This document shows positions 22,029 to 31,322 of a DNA stretch of 64,000 nucleotides, one piece after another. The notes under the pieces were generated by a model. That model was not told where the DNA came from, searched no databases, and saw nothing but the letters and a program-made list of their open reading frames with translations. Source of the stretch: a bacterium. GTDB taxonomy: Bacteria; Zhuqueibacterota; Zhuqueibacteria; Residuimicrobiales; Krinioviventaceae. The stretch's first letter is position 1. Every line of letters begins with the position of its first letter. The stretch is taken from NCBI GenBank assembly GCA_963693055.1, contig OY843751.1, positions 2,528,001 through 2,592,000 on the forward strand, in the 5' to 3' direction. A program made the position numbers and the translations under genes.

Positions 22029-23530
22029 TGATTTTCCTCCTTCATCCAATTAAAAGTTTATCCAATTTTTGTGGTAAAATTGGCTTAAAAACTCTTTACA
22101 ACAAAAAAAATGTTCTGGCATCACTCCTTTCGTTAGATTTAATAATTATTGATTTAGTGGTTTCGTTTAGATTTTTTTCAATAAACATACATAACAAATT
22201 AATATGAAGCATTCTACCCATTGATATACAATATTATAACAATGAAAATCTCGAGAGATTTCAGCTTTTCATTAATTTAAACCACTTTTTTGTTGTATGA
22301 TTAAGTTATAAAAGAGGGGAGATAGGCGGGTAAAAAAATCAAAATTTGATTTTCCTCCTTCAACCAGCTCAATCGCCCTAAAAATTATAACATATCATCG
22401 TTCAATCTCTGTTCTTTATCACTCCTTTCTTTCTGATTATAAATTAAACGTTTAAGTTTATTATATATTAGAAATTCTTCTATAAAAATAAAGGTAACGA
22501 AAGATGGCAGATTTTGAATTTAAGAATTAAACTCTTGATACGAATACCATGGGAATAAGAGTCTTGTGATAAAACTGCAAGAGTTTTAAAGGGATTTTTC
22601 CGAAGGGAGAAATTCAGGTAATGTGTGGTAACAGGGTTGTGAAACATAAAAATCATATTTTCCTTTTCCCAAAAGTTTCACGATTTTGTTTTCTTTACCT
22701 CGCTATATTGTACCTCAAAAAACTTATAAAGTCAAGAGATATTTTTTGATTTTTGATACATTAGTTAACTTGATTTTAAATTGCAATGATATTTATTAAA
22801 AGTATTATTAACAAGCATTTCATTTTTTTACCATTTTATTGTTTATTAATTGCTATACAAAATGATATCTATTGTATTGATAATATTAACTTTATTGTTG
22901 TATTGAATTTTAACTTTTCTTGATATTAAATAGCTGTTCTTCTATTAACAATTTCTTGAAATACAGGAATTTATGTATTGTAAATTAATGTAACAGAGGC
23001 AATAGTGGTTTATATTTCCTATACAATTTTTAAAAATATTTTTTTTTAAAGATAGATTGTTTAAATATTATATACCCTTGAACTGTTAGCATTAAAATTT
23101 TAATATGCTAAACCGTAACTGACGTTTCTAATTGATGGAGGATGAAAAAAATACAAATTTTAGTTTCTTGTATTGAGAATTCTAATTGTAAGCAAATATC
23201 ATATCTTTGGATGGTTCTAGTTATTTTTCCCGAATCGCATCTATTATAGCATTTCAAATTTATTTCATGTTAAAGTACGTAATGAAGAAATTGTATGTTG
23301 GCACTTTTCAAGTTGATTGTCCAATAAATTGTATCTGGGATTGGATATAAATAATAAACAATTTTTACCATCCTTTGGATCTTGAACATATATGGTATGG
23401 ATATAACCCCATAAAGCAAAAGAATGAGAAATTAATTAATCCAGTTTAACTATTTGGTTGCTATTAACTCTTAATTGTGTTTCTTGAATTGAGAATTTTA
23501 TGTGCATAAAAGTTTTCATTTTTGTGTATT

Positions 23531-23719
23531 TTAATTGTTATCTCTGAATATTTCCTGTTTCAATATGATTTTTTTGTCAAGTACTTGAAGACCATATTTG
23601 ACCGTCCAACCTTTGGTTGCTAGCATGTTGTGGGAAAGTAATCTGCTTTCAAGATCTGATGTAAATCCAATATAAATTTTATCATATTTTTCAGAATATA
23701 AAACATATGTAATGAACAT
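23531..23719 (-). pseudogene. Truncated duplicate of the GIY-YIG nuclease gene
   Basis: First ~41 codons identical to 23821..24078, then unrelated sequence. Confidence 0.85.
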
Positions 23720-23767
23720 GGAAACCCCTTGAAATAAAAAAGGACCATCAAATGATGATCCTTATTT

Positions 23768-23820
23768 TAGTAGCGGGGGGCGGATTTGAACCGCCGTTCG
23801 CCAACTGGCGAATATGAGCC
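23768..23820 (-). pseudogene. tRNA-Met 3'-half fragment with a palindrome next to the anticodon
   Basis: GGCTCATA-TTCGCCAGTTGGCGAA-CGGCGGTTCAAATCCGCCCCCCGCTACTA compared with the intact tRNA. Confidence 0.85.
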
Positions 23821-24078
23821 TCACGAATTTTTGTTTTGAGATATATAATTGCGAATAAATTCTCTACCTTTAGCAGATTTTAACTGTTTTTCCCGAATGA
23901 TAGCTTTTTTCTTGGATTCAAATTTTTCATTGTAGACAAGTATCCATGGACGAAATTTGACCGTCCAACCTTTGGTTGCTAGCATGTTGTGGGAAAGTAA
24001 TCTGCTTTCAAGATCTGATGTAAATCCAATATAAATTTTATCATATTTTTCAGAATATAAAACATATGTAATGAACAT
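23821..24078 (-). CDS. Small GIY-YIG nuclease family protein
   Basis: TYVL..KIYIG.TSDLESRL..HN..RPW..E..A..REKQLKS. Confidence 0.92.
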   Translation of the reverse strand: MFITYVLYSEKYDKIYIGFTSDLESRLLSHNMLATKGWTVKFRPWILVYNEKFESKKKAIIREKQLKSAKGREFIRNYISQNKNS

Positions 24079-24126
24079 GGAAACCCCTTGAAATAAAAAA
24101 GGACCATCAAATGATGATCCTTATTT

Positions 24127-24171
24127 TAGTAGCGGGGGGCGGATTTGAACCGCCGACCTTTGGGTTATGAG
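24127..24171 (-). repeat. att site (duplicated tRNA-fMet 3' part)
   Basis: Identical to 54506-54550; identity stops at the anticodon loop/stem. Confidence 0.93.
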
Positions 24172-24224
24172 TTCAAAGGTTTGACGGGTGTAAGTTGTTG
24201 ATAAAAAATAAGTTGTGGTTTTGC

Positions 24225-24237
24225 TTTTGGGCTTTTT
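24225..24237. promoter_or_regulatory. Putative integrase arm-type site (copy at 54393-54405)
   Basis: ttttgggcttttt occurs just inside both ends, each with a neighbouring tatggg variant. Confidence 0.5.
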
Positions 24238-24253
24238 ATGGGTTTGATTTTAG

Positions 24254-25321
24254 TTAAATTTTTAATTTATCAAACCTTTTTTTAAGATTTTCACGGGCTA
24301 TTTGGGTATAGTGTTTTGTCATTGAACCGGTTTTGTGACGAAGCATTTCCTGGGCAAGTCTTTCGTTTTTATCCGAAATTTCGTTCTCCATGATTCGCAG
24401 ACCAAATGTATGCCGCAGCATGTGTGCCGGTGATTTGATATGTTCAAGTCCGATTTTGTCAAGTGTGCGCCGGAATGTTCTTGAAACGGCATCTTTATTA
24501 TTGTTGAACAATTTTTTGTCCGGGTTGCCTGTCAGTAATTTTGCCCGGATGATCATGCGTTGTATGATCTGGTGCATGGGGATCAGTTCAATTTCACGGT
24601 TCTTGTTTTTTTCCAGTTTGATATATCCTTCTTTCAACAATATGTTTCTTTCCCTTAACTCGAGACATTCTGATCTGCGTAATCCCGCATACCGTAAAAA
24701 AAGGAATATAATTCTTATATTACTTTTAGGCAAGTTTTTATAAAACTCTTTTTCTTTTTCCCGGGGGAGTATATTCGGTACCGGTTTCGTTGCTGAAAAA
24801 AACTCAAAATCATCAAAAGGATTTATCGGAATATATTTTTTCCGTTTTGCCCAGGAGAAAATATCCCTCAGACATGACAGCTCTTTGTTTGCCCCGCGTC
24901 TTGCGCGTTGTACCTTTAAAAAATCATCCTGGTCAATCTTGGCCAGTCTCTGTTCCAGCAGGGAATTACGAAAGCTTTCCAGGCGTTCATCGGTGACTTT
25001 ATCAATAGTGAGATGAGGGCCCAGGTAATTTATTAACAATTTATATGAATGCAGGTTACGTTTTACGCTGATTTCAATAGACCGCTTTTCTTTATAGATG
25101 GAACCGAAATCCTGTAATGTAGGATAAATTTTCTGGGTAGAGGGAACAGCGCCGTTAATGCGCTGCTGTTCGATTTCCAGTTCTTTCTGCTTAACCCAGA
25201 GTTCAACGGATCTTTTGGGAGTGTTGGGTGGAAAGTACTTTCGATATCTTTTCCCTTGAACGTTAAACTGGACCCGATAGGCTGTACCGCTCTGCAATTC
25301 AATCTCTTCAATATAAGCCAT
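24254..25321 (-). CDS. Tyrosine recombinase / phage integrase
   Basis: GLRRSE, HMLRHTF, LRHK..MTKHY catalytic residues; N-terminal arm-binding-like region; next to att. Confidence 0.92.
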   Translation of the reverse strand: MAYIEEIELQSGTAYRVQFNVQGKRYRKYFPPNTPKRSVELWVKQKELEIEQQRINGAVPSTQKIYPTLQDFGSIYKEKRSIEISVKRNLHSYKLLINYLGPHLTIDKVTDERLESFRNSLLEQRLAKIDQDDFLKVQRARRGANKELSCLRDIFSWAKRKKYIPINPFDDFEFFSATKPVPNILPREKEKEFYKNLPKSNIRIIFLFLRYAGLRRSECLELRERNILLKEGYIKLEKNKNREIELIPMHQIIQRMIIRAKLLTGNPDKKLFNNNKDAVSRTFRRTLDKIGLEHIKSPAHMLRHTFGLRIMENEISDKNERLAQEMLRHKTGSMTKHYTQIARENLKKRFDKLKI

Positions 25322-25448
25322 AATAATCTATCCACAAAAAATTTTTCTCCCGAATAAAACTGAGGAGTGGTAAAATTCCTGTCAATAGATTTTATGATAT
25401 TTACTGCCAAAAAACAACCGGTTTCGTTTGTATTTTATACAAACGAAA

Positions 25449-26953
25449 GTTCAATCCCATCTTAGTTAATAGGTCTTTTCCAATTCTTTAAATCCTCGTG
25501 ACGGGTACTTCTCCTTTCTTACGTTGTCTCAATCCCATCATAGTTAATAGGTCTTTTCCAATCGTTGTTTTACCGGTACTGGAATCTTCACAAAAAACTT
25601 TAGTCTCAATCCCATCATAGTTAATAGGTCTTTTCCAATATTTCCGGCAGTGTTCGCTACACAATTGGAGACAATAAACAGTCTCAATCCCATCATAGTT
25701 AATAGGTCTTTTCCAATAAACAGCCGCGCTAAAGGCAAAGTGGAAAACTCGTTCAGTCTCAATCCCATCTTAGTTAATAGGTCTTTTCCAATAATCTGTG
25801 ACAAGTCAGGATATTGGTGTTGGTATCATCAGTCTCAATCCCATCATAGTTAATAGGTCTTTTCCAATATGAAATATGTTGCTAAGATTGTTGATGAAGG
25901 TAACAGTAATAGTCTCAATCCCATCATAGTCAATAGGTCTTTTCCAATTCAAAGATACGCTTGATGTGTTTATGGATGAAGTACGTCTCAATCCCATCAT
26001 AGTCAATAGGTCTTTTCCAATGGTGGAAATGTAACTCATATTACAATCGACTATATTGCTATCCAAGAGTCTCAATCCCATCATAGTCAATAGGTCTTTT
26101 CCAATTGAAAAAGCGATTTGTGGCGCAGAAACCAACCGCAAAATTGTGTCTCAATCCCATCATAGTCAATAGGTCTTTTCCAATAATTTAACGCTAATAA
26201 TTTGTCTAGCGGGGTTTATTTTGTCTCAATCCCATCATAGTTAATAGGTCTTTTCCAATTTTTTATAGACAGCCTACAAGTGGCTGTGAAGACTAAGTCT
26301 CAATCCCATCATAGTTAATAGGTCTTTTCCAATTGGCAGTAAGCCGGCTTGGGTTACACACTGGAACAAAAGTCTCAATCCCATCATAGTTAATAGGTCT
26401 TTTCCAATCATTACAAATGCAAAGCTTGATGACAAGTTCCAAAAGTATGATGAGTCTCAATCCCATCATAGTTAATAGGTCTTTTCCAATTACAATTTTT
26501 GCAGCCGGTGAAAAACAATATGTGTTCGAGTCTCAATCCCATCATAGTTAATAGGTCTTTTCCAATCTGTTGCAAAAACAACAGCACCCTTTGCACTAAC
26601 GTCACTGTCTCAATCCCATCATAGTTAATAGGTCTTTTCCAATTGGCTTGAGCAACTAGCTCTTATAACAAGGTGAAAGATTTCTAGTCTCAATCCCATC
26701 ATAGTTAATAGGTCTTTTCCAATTGCGCTATGGTGACTTGAAAGGTGTAGACAGTTTTCCTGTAGGTCTCAATCCCATCATAGTTAATAGGTCTTTTCCA
26801 ATCAAAACTGGCAGTGCTGACAAAATCGGAAAAATTGCGTCTCAATCCCATCTTTTCTTATAGGTCTTTTCTGATCAAAGAAAGTGATTAATGTGAAAGG
26901 TAAATTAGTGAGAGTGGTGTCTCAATCCCATCTATTCTAATAGGTCCAAATAC
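25449..26953 (-). CRISPR. CRISPR array 1: 20 repeats / 19 spacers (~36-47 nt); repeat ATTGGAAAAGACCTATTAACTATGATGGGATTGAGAC
   Basis: 37-bp repeat counted directly; orientation from the ATTGAGAC 3' handle and the cas operon direction; terminal repeats degenerate. Confidence 0.97.
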
Positions 26954-27042
26954 ATAAAAAGGCGGATTGTATACCCACCTTTAGTTTAAAATTGAATACA
27001 ATGTTTTTAGATAAAAATTGTCAATGAACAAGAATCTTAAAG
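26954..27042 (-). promoter_or_regulatory. Putative CRISPR leader/promoter
   Basis: AT-rich; TTGACA on the minus strand at 27019-27024 followed by an imperfect -10. Confidence 0.4.
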
Positions 27043-28047
27043 CTATTCTTTCATCAGAAAATTAATTTCCTGGGTTAATTTTTCAATGAATTGATCTTTA
27101 TGAGTCACATCATACTTTACACATCGTTTATGTCGTAGATCGAAAGGTATATCATTTGTATCCTGAGTTAACATGATCACTTTTTTCTTTTGAGCATTGG
27201 CAAGACCTAATTCGTAAAAAACATTGGGATTTTTATTTGTCAAATCCGCAATGATGATCGCTGATTTCAATATATTTTCTTCAACTTTATCCATAATACC
27301 ACCTTGAAATATCTCTTCATCAACTCTTACACATTTTAAATTCATACTTTCAGTAATGTTTCTAATCCACGTATAAATTGTATCAAAGTTGGGGTCAAAT
27401 GGCATTATAACAAAGACAAAGTTTCTGTCAAAATTTATTCCATACGGACTGTATTTTATCAATTGTTCAGTGCCCGGTATTGGACGAGCATTGTTGGGAT
27501 CATATTCAGAAAAAAGGTAAAACGCATCCATAGACTGAATTTTTATGGCTGAACTTACAGCACCTAATGACATTATTTTGGTACCGCCTGTCAAATCAAT
27601 AGCTAAATTTTCAATTTCATATTTGTATTGATTTAGCATTTCATCTTTCCATTTAAAAATTTTACTCTCTACATTATTTTGTTCATCACTACTTATGTTG
27701 ATTATTTCGTACTTTAACAATGGATTCACTTTTTTTATCTCGTTTATGAATAAATCAAAGTGATTATTAAAATGATATATTTTTGATATATTCGAAAATC
27801 CGAAAGTAACAAGTTCTGGCTTCATTATGGCAATAAACAATGCTATGTTTTCTATAGTAAAGCCAAAAGGTACAAAAATGGATTTATATTGTGAATTAGT
27901 AATTCTATTTTTAACCAGTTCATTAGTGTTTTCTTTTAATTGTTCAACACTTAATTTGAAAATTCTTTCAAAATAGAATTCAATATTAAAATTTGATTGT
28001 TCCCAAATTTTGAACAAGTTTTGTAATAATTTTCGTCTATTTACCAT
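27043..28047 (-). CDS. CARF domain fused to a nucleoside 2-deoxyribosyltransferase/TIR-like domain (putative cOA-activated effector)
   Basis: CARF signature IDLTGGTKIMS; C-terminal FVIMPF...IIADLTNKNPNVFYELG...IPFDLRH. Confidence 0.8.
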   Translation of the reverse strand: MVNRRKLLQNLFKIWEQSNFNIEFYFERIFKLSVEQLKENTNELVKNRITNSQYKSIFVPFGFTIENIALFIAIMKPELVTFGFSNISKIYHFNNHFDLFINEIKKVNPLLKYEIINISSDEQNNVESKIFKWKDEMLNQYKYEIENLAIDLTGGTKIMSLGAVSSAIKIQSMDAFYLFSEYDPNNARPIPGTEQLIKYSPYGINFDRNFVFVIMPFDPNFDTIYTWIRNITESMNLKCVRVDEEIFQGGIMDKVEENILKSAIIIADLTNKNPNVFYELGLANAQKKKVIMLTQDTNDIPFDLRHKRCVKYDVTHKDQFIEKLTQEINFLMKE

Positions 28048-28048
28048 T

Positions 28049-28963
28049 TTAATTCCTTATATTTCTTGAAAAGTTGTTCAATATTCTATCTTTAATAATT
28101 ACTGATGGATCTTCTCTGTTTATTTTTTTGATTTTCATTTGTTCCAAATCATTGATATCTAGCAATACTATCAATCGAACCTCATTTCTTATTGAATTGG
28201 AAAAGGCTTTCTGCATTAATCCCCAAATAGAGCTTTGATCTGTTGGTTTAAAGCGACATATTAATAAAGTTAATGGTACTTTTGTGAAAATGGTATCCTG
28301 AAAAAAAAGGGTGTATTTGAAGCATTGCATAAAATCATTTGGTTTCGGTTTTTTATTTTTTACTTCAACAATAATATTGTCAAAATAAAATCCTGTTTTT
28401 TCAATTGCATTGAAATGGTCAAATTTTTCATAAAAGCCATCGAAAACAATACCATTAACATTCTCTTGTTTTCTTTTCAAGTCATGTAAGTACAACATAT
28501 CTATAAATGTCAAAACTAACTTTTCGAATGGTTTTCCAAATTTTTTATCACCAAAATCGGAATTCAATATTTGATTAAATAAATATTCAAGTTGTTCATC
28601 GATTCTCACAAGATATTGTTCATATAAATTTATTAAATCATCAGCACTAGTCCGGATCGGTCCCATTATAGTCTTTGTTGATTTACTATTTGTTGTAAAT
28701 AATTGAATTTTTTCTTCAACATCGAGTAATTGTTTGTTGTGATTATCTATACGTATATTGGGATTATTAAAATAATTGAGATTTTCAAATAAAGGTTTAA
28801 GGATTACTGGTGTCCTTAAATCGTACAACGATGAAAGTTTTTTTAGAGATTTCGAGAGCTTTTCATCGAGTTTATCTTTCAAATCTAAAATCTCTCTTTG
28901 AAAATCTTTTTCTAAATCATAAAGTGGGGCTAAATCGTTCTCTCTGTCGTCAATCATATTCAT
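28049..28963 (-). CDS. Helical N-domain + Mrr-like PD-(D/E)xK nuclease
   Basis: GKPFEKLV...FDG...IIVEVKN...QCFKY pattern. Confidence 0.65.
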   Translation of the reverse strand: MNMIDDRENDLAPLYDLEKDFQREILDLKDKLDEKLSKSLKKLSSLYDLRTPVILKPLFENLNYFNNPNIRIDNHNKQLLDVEEKIQLFTTNSKSTKTIMGPIRTSADDLINLYEQYLVRIDEQLEYLFNQILNSDFGDKKFGKPFEKLVLTFIDMLYLHDLKRKQENVNGIVFDGFYEKFDHFNAIEKTGFYFDNIIVEVKNKKPKPNDFMQCFKYTLFFQDTIFTKVPLTLLICRFKPTDQSSIWGLMQKAFSNSIRNEVRLIVLLDINDLEQMKIKKINREDPSVIIKDRILNNFSRNIRN

Positions 28964-28972
28964 ATTTACTTG

Positions 28973-29908
28973 TTATACTATAAATGATAGACCATATCTA
29001 TGAATAGTGTGTACATCTAAAAATAGATCAGGGGTTACGTTTACAACCTGGCCATTTATGGGTTTAGTAAATATTGATCCCTCTGCCACCATTTTGCATT
29101 CTTTTCTTTTTAATTGAACAGAAGTTGAATATGAATGGAACCAGCCTCTTCTATTCAAGATTTTGAATGAATTCAAATGAACAGCCTCATTATTCTTGGG
29201 TGAACAGAGTGATAAGTTGATGTATGTTCCTTTTGGTTTTTGTTCCAATAATTCTTTCCATCTGGCTTGATTGTCAATTTGAGTCATTTTATAAATAAAG
29301 TGCCCATTACCTACACTTCTATCACCACCCAATCCTTCTTCTGCCAAGAGATTTAAACCAACAGTAAATAATTTAATAAATTCACTATCATTGATCTCGA
29401 CAATGAAAAATAATCCTGCACCGTATTTAAAGGAAAAACCGAATGATTCATATAATTGTGTAACTGTCGATATTCGATCAATTGTAACACGTGGACGAAA
29501 AGTTGGAAACATTATCTCGTTTAGGGGGTCGTTAAATTCTCTGGACAATAACGAATTTTCATCATTAATAATTGTTTTGAAATCGTTCAAATCCAAAAAA
29601 TGAACATCTTTTAATTTGGATTGATAAAAGTTTGATGTTCCCCTTGGTGTGGGCAAATAAAATGTATTGCCCATGTATGGAAAAGCAGAGGTCAAGCGGA
29701 AGGGAGGTGTCTCCGAATTTAATTTTTTTATCAATACTTTAATCCAATTGTTATATCTATTACATTCGGGTAGCCTCATCCATTGGCTCACCAATGCGCT
29801 AAACAGGGTGTCGGAGTGAATGATGCCCTTAAACTCATCATCATCTGATAACAAGCTTGATGACAGGGTTAAAGAACGCTTGAAAGAAAGTTTAATAAGC
29901 CAAAACAC
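28973..29908 (-). CDS. csm4: Type III-A RAMP Csm4 (Cas5 group)
   Basis: IHSDTLFSAL, LTSAFPY..YLPTP, RPRVTIDR, GLGGDRSVGNG; GTG 29908 after GGAGG. Confidence 0.92.
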   Translation of the reverse strand: MFWLIKLSFKRSLTLSSSLLSDDDEFKGIIHSDTLFSALVSQWMRLPECNRYNNWIKVLIKKLNSETPPFRLTSAFPYMGNTFYLPTPRGTSNFYQSKLKDVHFLDLNDFKTIINDENSLLSREFNDPLNEIMFPTFRPRVTIDRISTVTQLYESFGFSFKYGAGLFFIVEINDSEFIKLFTVGLNLLAEEGLGGDRSVGNGHFIYKMTQIDNQARWKELLEQKPKGTYINLSLCSPKNNEAVHLNSFKILNRRGWFHSYSTSVQLKRKECKMVAEGSIFTKPINGQVVNVTPDLFLDVHTIHRYGLSFIV

Positions 29909-30785
29909 TGCTGCTTGCCTCCTTGAGAAAATTGATGATTTCATCAATATAGCTGCGCGCTTGTTTGATATCAAAGGATTCACTTTGTAATTCTGTTGAA
30001 TTTTTTTCATCATCCCCGGTGTAATAATAATCGAGTGAACGGGCAAAAAAACTGGAAAAATTAAATTTAATTTTTCCGTATCCACGGGATGAATACCCAC
30101 CTAAAGCTTCATCTTCAATAATACTCATAGCGGCGAGTATATTTTGAAGATCTTTTTTGACTGTTTCAGCGTTAAATCTAATGTCCTTGTTTTCTTTTGA
30201 AATAATTTCTACAGCATAGATCATTTCAAAATTGAAAATACTGTCAGGCAAGACCCTTTCTACGCGACGTGGATTTGCAGACATATCCTTACGATCAATA
30301 CCGGTTTCGGTTTTTACTTCTGTAAATTCTGTTTGTTGTGTAATAATACTTGAATCCAACAAACAATCTCGAACTAATAGAGCAGAAGGCATATTTTCAG
30401 CTTTGGGTTTTTTTACCAGTTTTGATCTATCATCTCCACTCGATCCAAAAATCCTGCATACATCGCAGGTAATAGCAAGGTCGAAATCTTCACAACAGTG
30501 TATGTTTACTTGGTTGCGAAATGTCCCAATGTTACGGTTGTTTTCCAATTTTTCAATTTTCCCATTAACACTACGTGTTCCAACTTTCTCTACAGTACTA
30601 CGCAATTTACCCTTTAGTGAACTACCCGGTATGTAAGGCAAATTACTTGCGCTATCCCTGATAATTGGTAAATCCACACCGCCAATTTGCATAGATTCAT
30701 TTGAACCACCGATATGTAAGCCTGTTTTTATGACGATATTTCCTTGAAAGTATATTTTACCCAATAACAATCTTTTTTGTGTCAT
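29892..30785 (-). CDS. csm3: Type III-A RAMP Csm3 (Cas7 group)
   Basis: TGLHIGG, GGVDLPIIRD (catalytic D), PYIPGSSLKGKLR, CDVCRIFG, LGGYSSRGYG. Confidence 0.95.
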   Translation of the reverse strand: MTQKRLLLGKIYFQGNIVIKTGLHIGGSNESMQIGGVDLPIIRDSASNLPYIPGSSLKGKLRSTVEKVGTRSVNGKIEKLENNRNIGTFRNQVNIHCCEDFDLAITCDVCRIFGSSGDDRSKLVKKPKAENMPSALLVRDCLLDSSIITQQTEFTEVKTETGIDRKDMSANPRRVERVLPDSIFNFEMIYAVEIISKENKDIRFNAETVKKDLQNILAAMSIIEDEALGGYSSRGYGKIKFNFSSFFARSLDYYYTGDDEKNSTELQSESFDIKQARSYIDEIINFLKEASSSVLAY

Positions 30786-30806
30786 TTTAGATACTCCCTG
30801 TTATGA

Positions 30807-31322
30807 TTAATCCCTACCACCATGAAATTTGTGATATGCTACTACAGATTCGACGAATTTGCACAACATTTCATAATCCTCTATAGTATATATAAAATCA
30901 AAAAGTGGATTAATTACTTCAAAAAATGGTGTTACTTCTTTATTCTGTCTGGCCCTTGCGTTTGCAAGTTGTGGTTTAAGTAGAAAAATTTCTGGTTTGA
31001 TATTCCTTTCGAATAATTCTTGTGAATTTTCTTTTAATTTTACAGCTATAGTCCGTGCCTTGATATTTATCATGCTTTCATAAAAGCGCCTTAATTGAGC
31101 AGATTTTAGCCTAATGTCAGGGCTGGCGAGAATTTTTCCTAAAGCATAGCTACAAACCACTAACTTCTCGCCAGTTAAGATTTGTGCTAATGAAACTGCG
31201 CTTTCATTTTTTCCTATAATTTTATCAAGAATATTTCTTGCCTTGTGAAGGTTCCATTCCCTTGATAATCTCTCTTCAATAGGTTCATAATTCATTATGA
31301 TTCCCTCCTGATTTCGTAACAT
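30807..31322 (-). CDS. csm2: Type III-A small subunit Csm2 (Cas11)
   Basis: SAQLRRFY, LLKPQLA, FVESVVAYHKFHGG. Confidence 0.93.
   Translation of the reverse strand: MLRNQEGIIMNYEPIEERLSREWNLHKARNILDKIIGKNESAVSLAQILTGEKLVVCSYALGKILASPDIRLKSAQLRRFYESMINIKARTIAVKLKENSQELFERNIKPEIFLLKPQLANARARQNKEVTPFFEVINPLFDFIYTIEDYEMLCKFVESVVAYHKFHGGRD

Larger units (their letters stand above)
23596..24155. repeat. 201-bp direct repeat, period 359 bp (23596-23796 = 23955-24155): GIY-YIG 5' part plus tRNA 3' half
   Basis: Identical sequence atttgaccgtcc...gaaccgccg read in both copies. Confidence 0.9.

Noticed and set aside
22450-23530. ~1 kb very AT-rich stretch as an ncRNA, riboswitch or origin
   Set aside because: No recognisable motif, repeat array or long ORF; may be an eroded gene
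24254-25321. Island integrase as the integron integrase
   Set aside because: Lacks IntI-type motifs, sits at the tRNA att site and is 17 kb from the cassettes
25544-26605. ORFs with repeated IGKDLLTMMGLR
   Set aside because: Translations of the CRISPR repeat
26724-26918. Spacers reading RYGDLKGVDSFPV and KKVINVKGKLVRV resemble resident tail protein segments (SELGQLDVTPV, VNGKLVR)
   Set aside because: Similarity too short and no nucleotide match; could be chance
29909-30100. N-terminal extension of Csm4 in the ORF track
   Set aside because: Overlaps csm3; a GTG with GGAGG at 29908 is the better start
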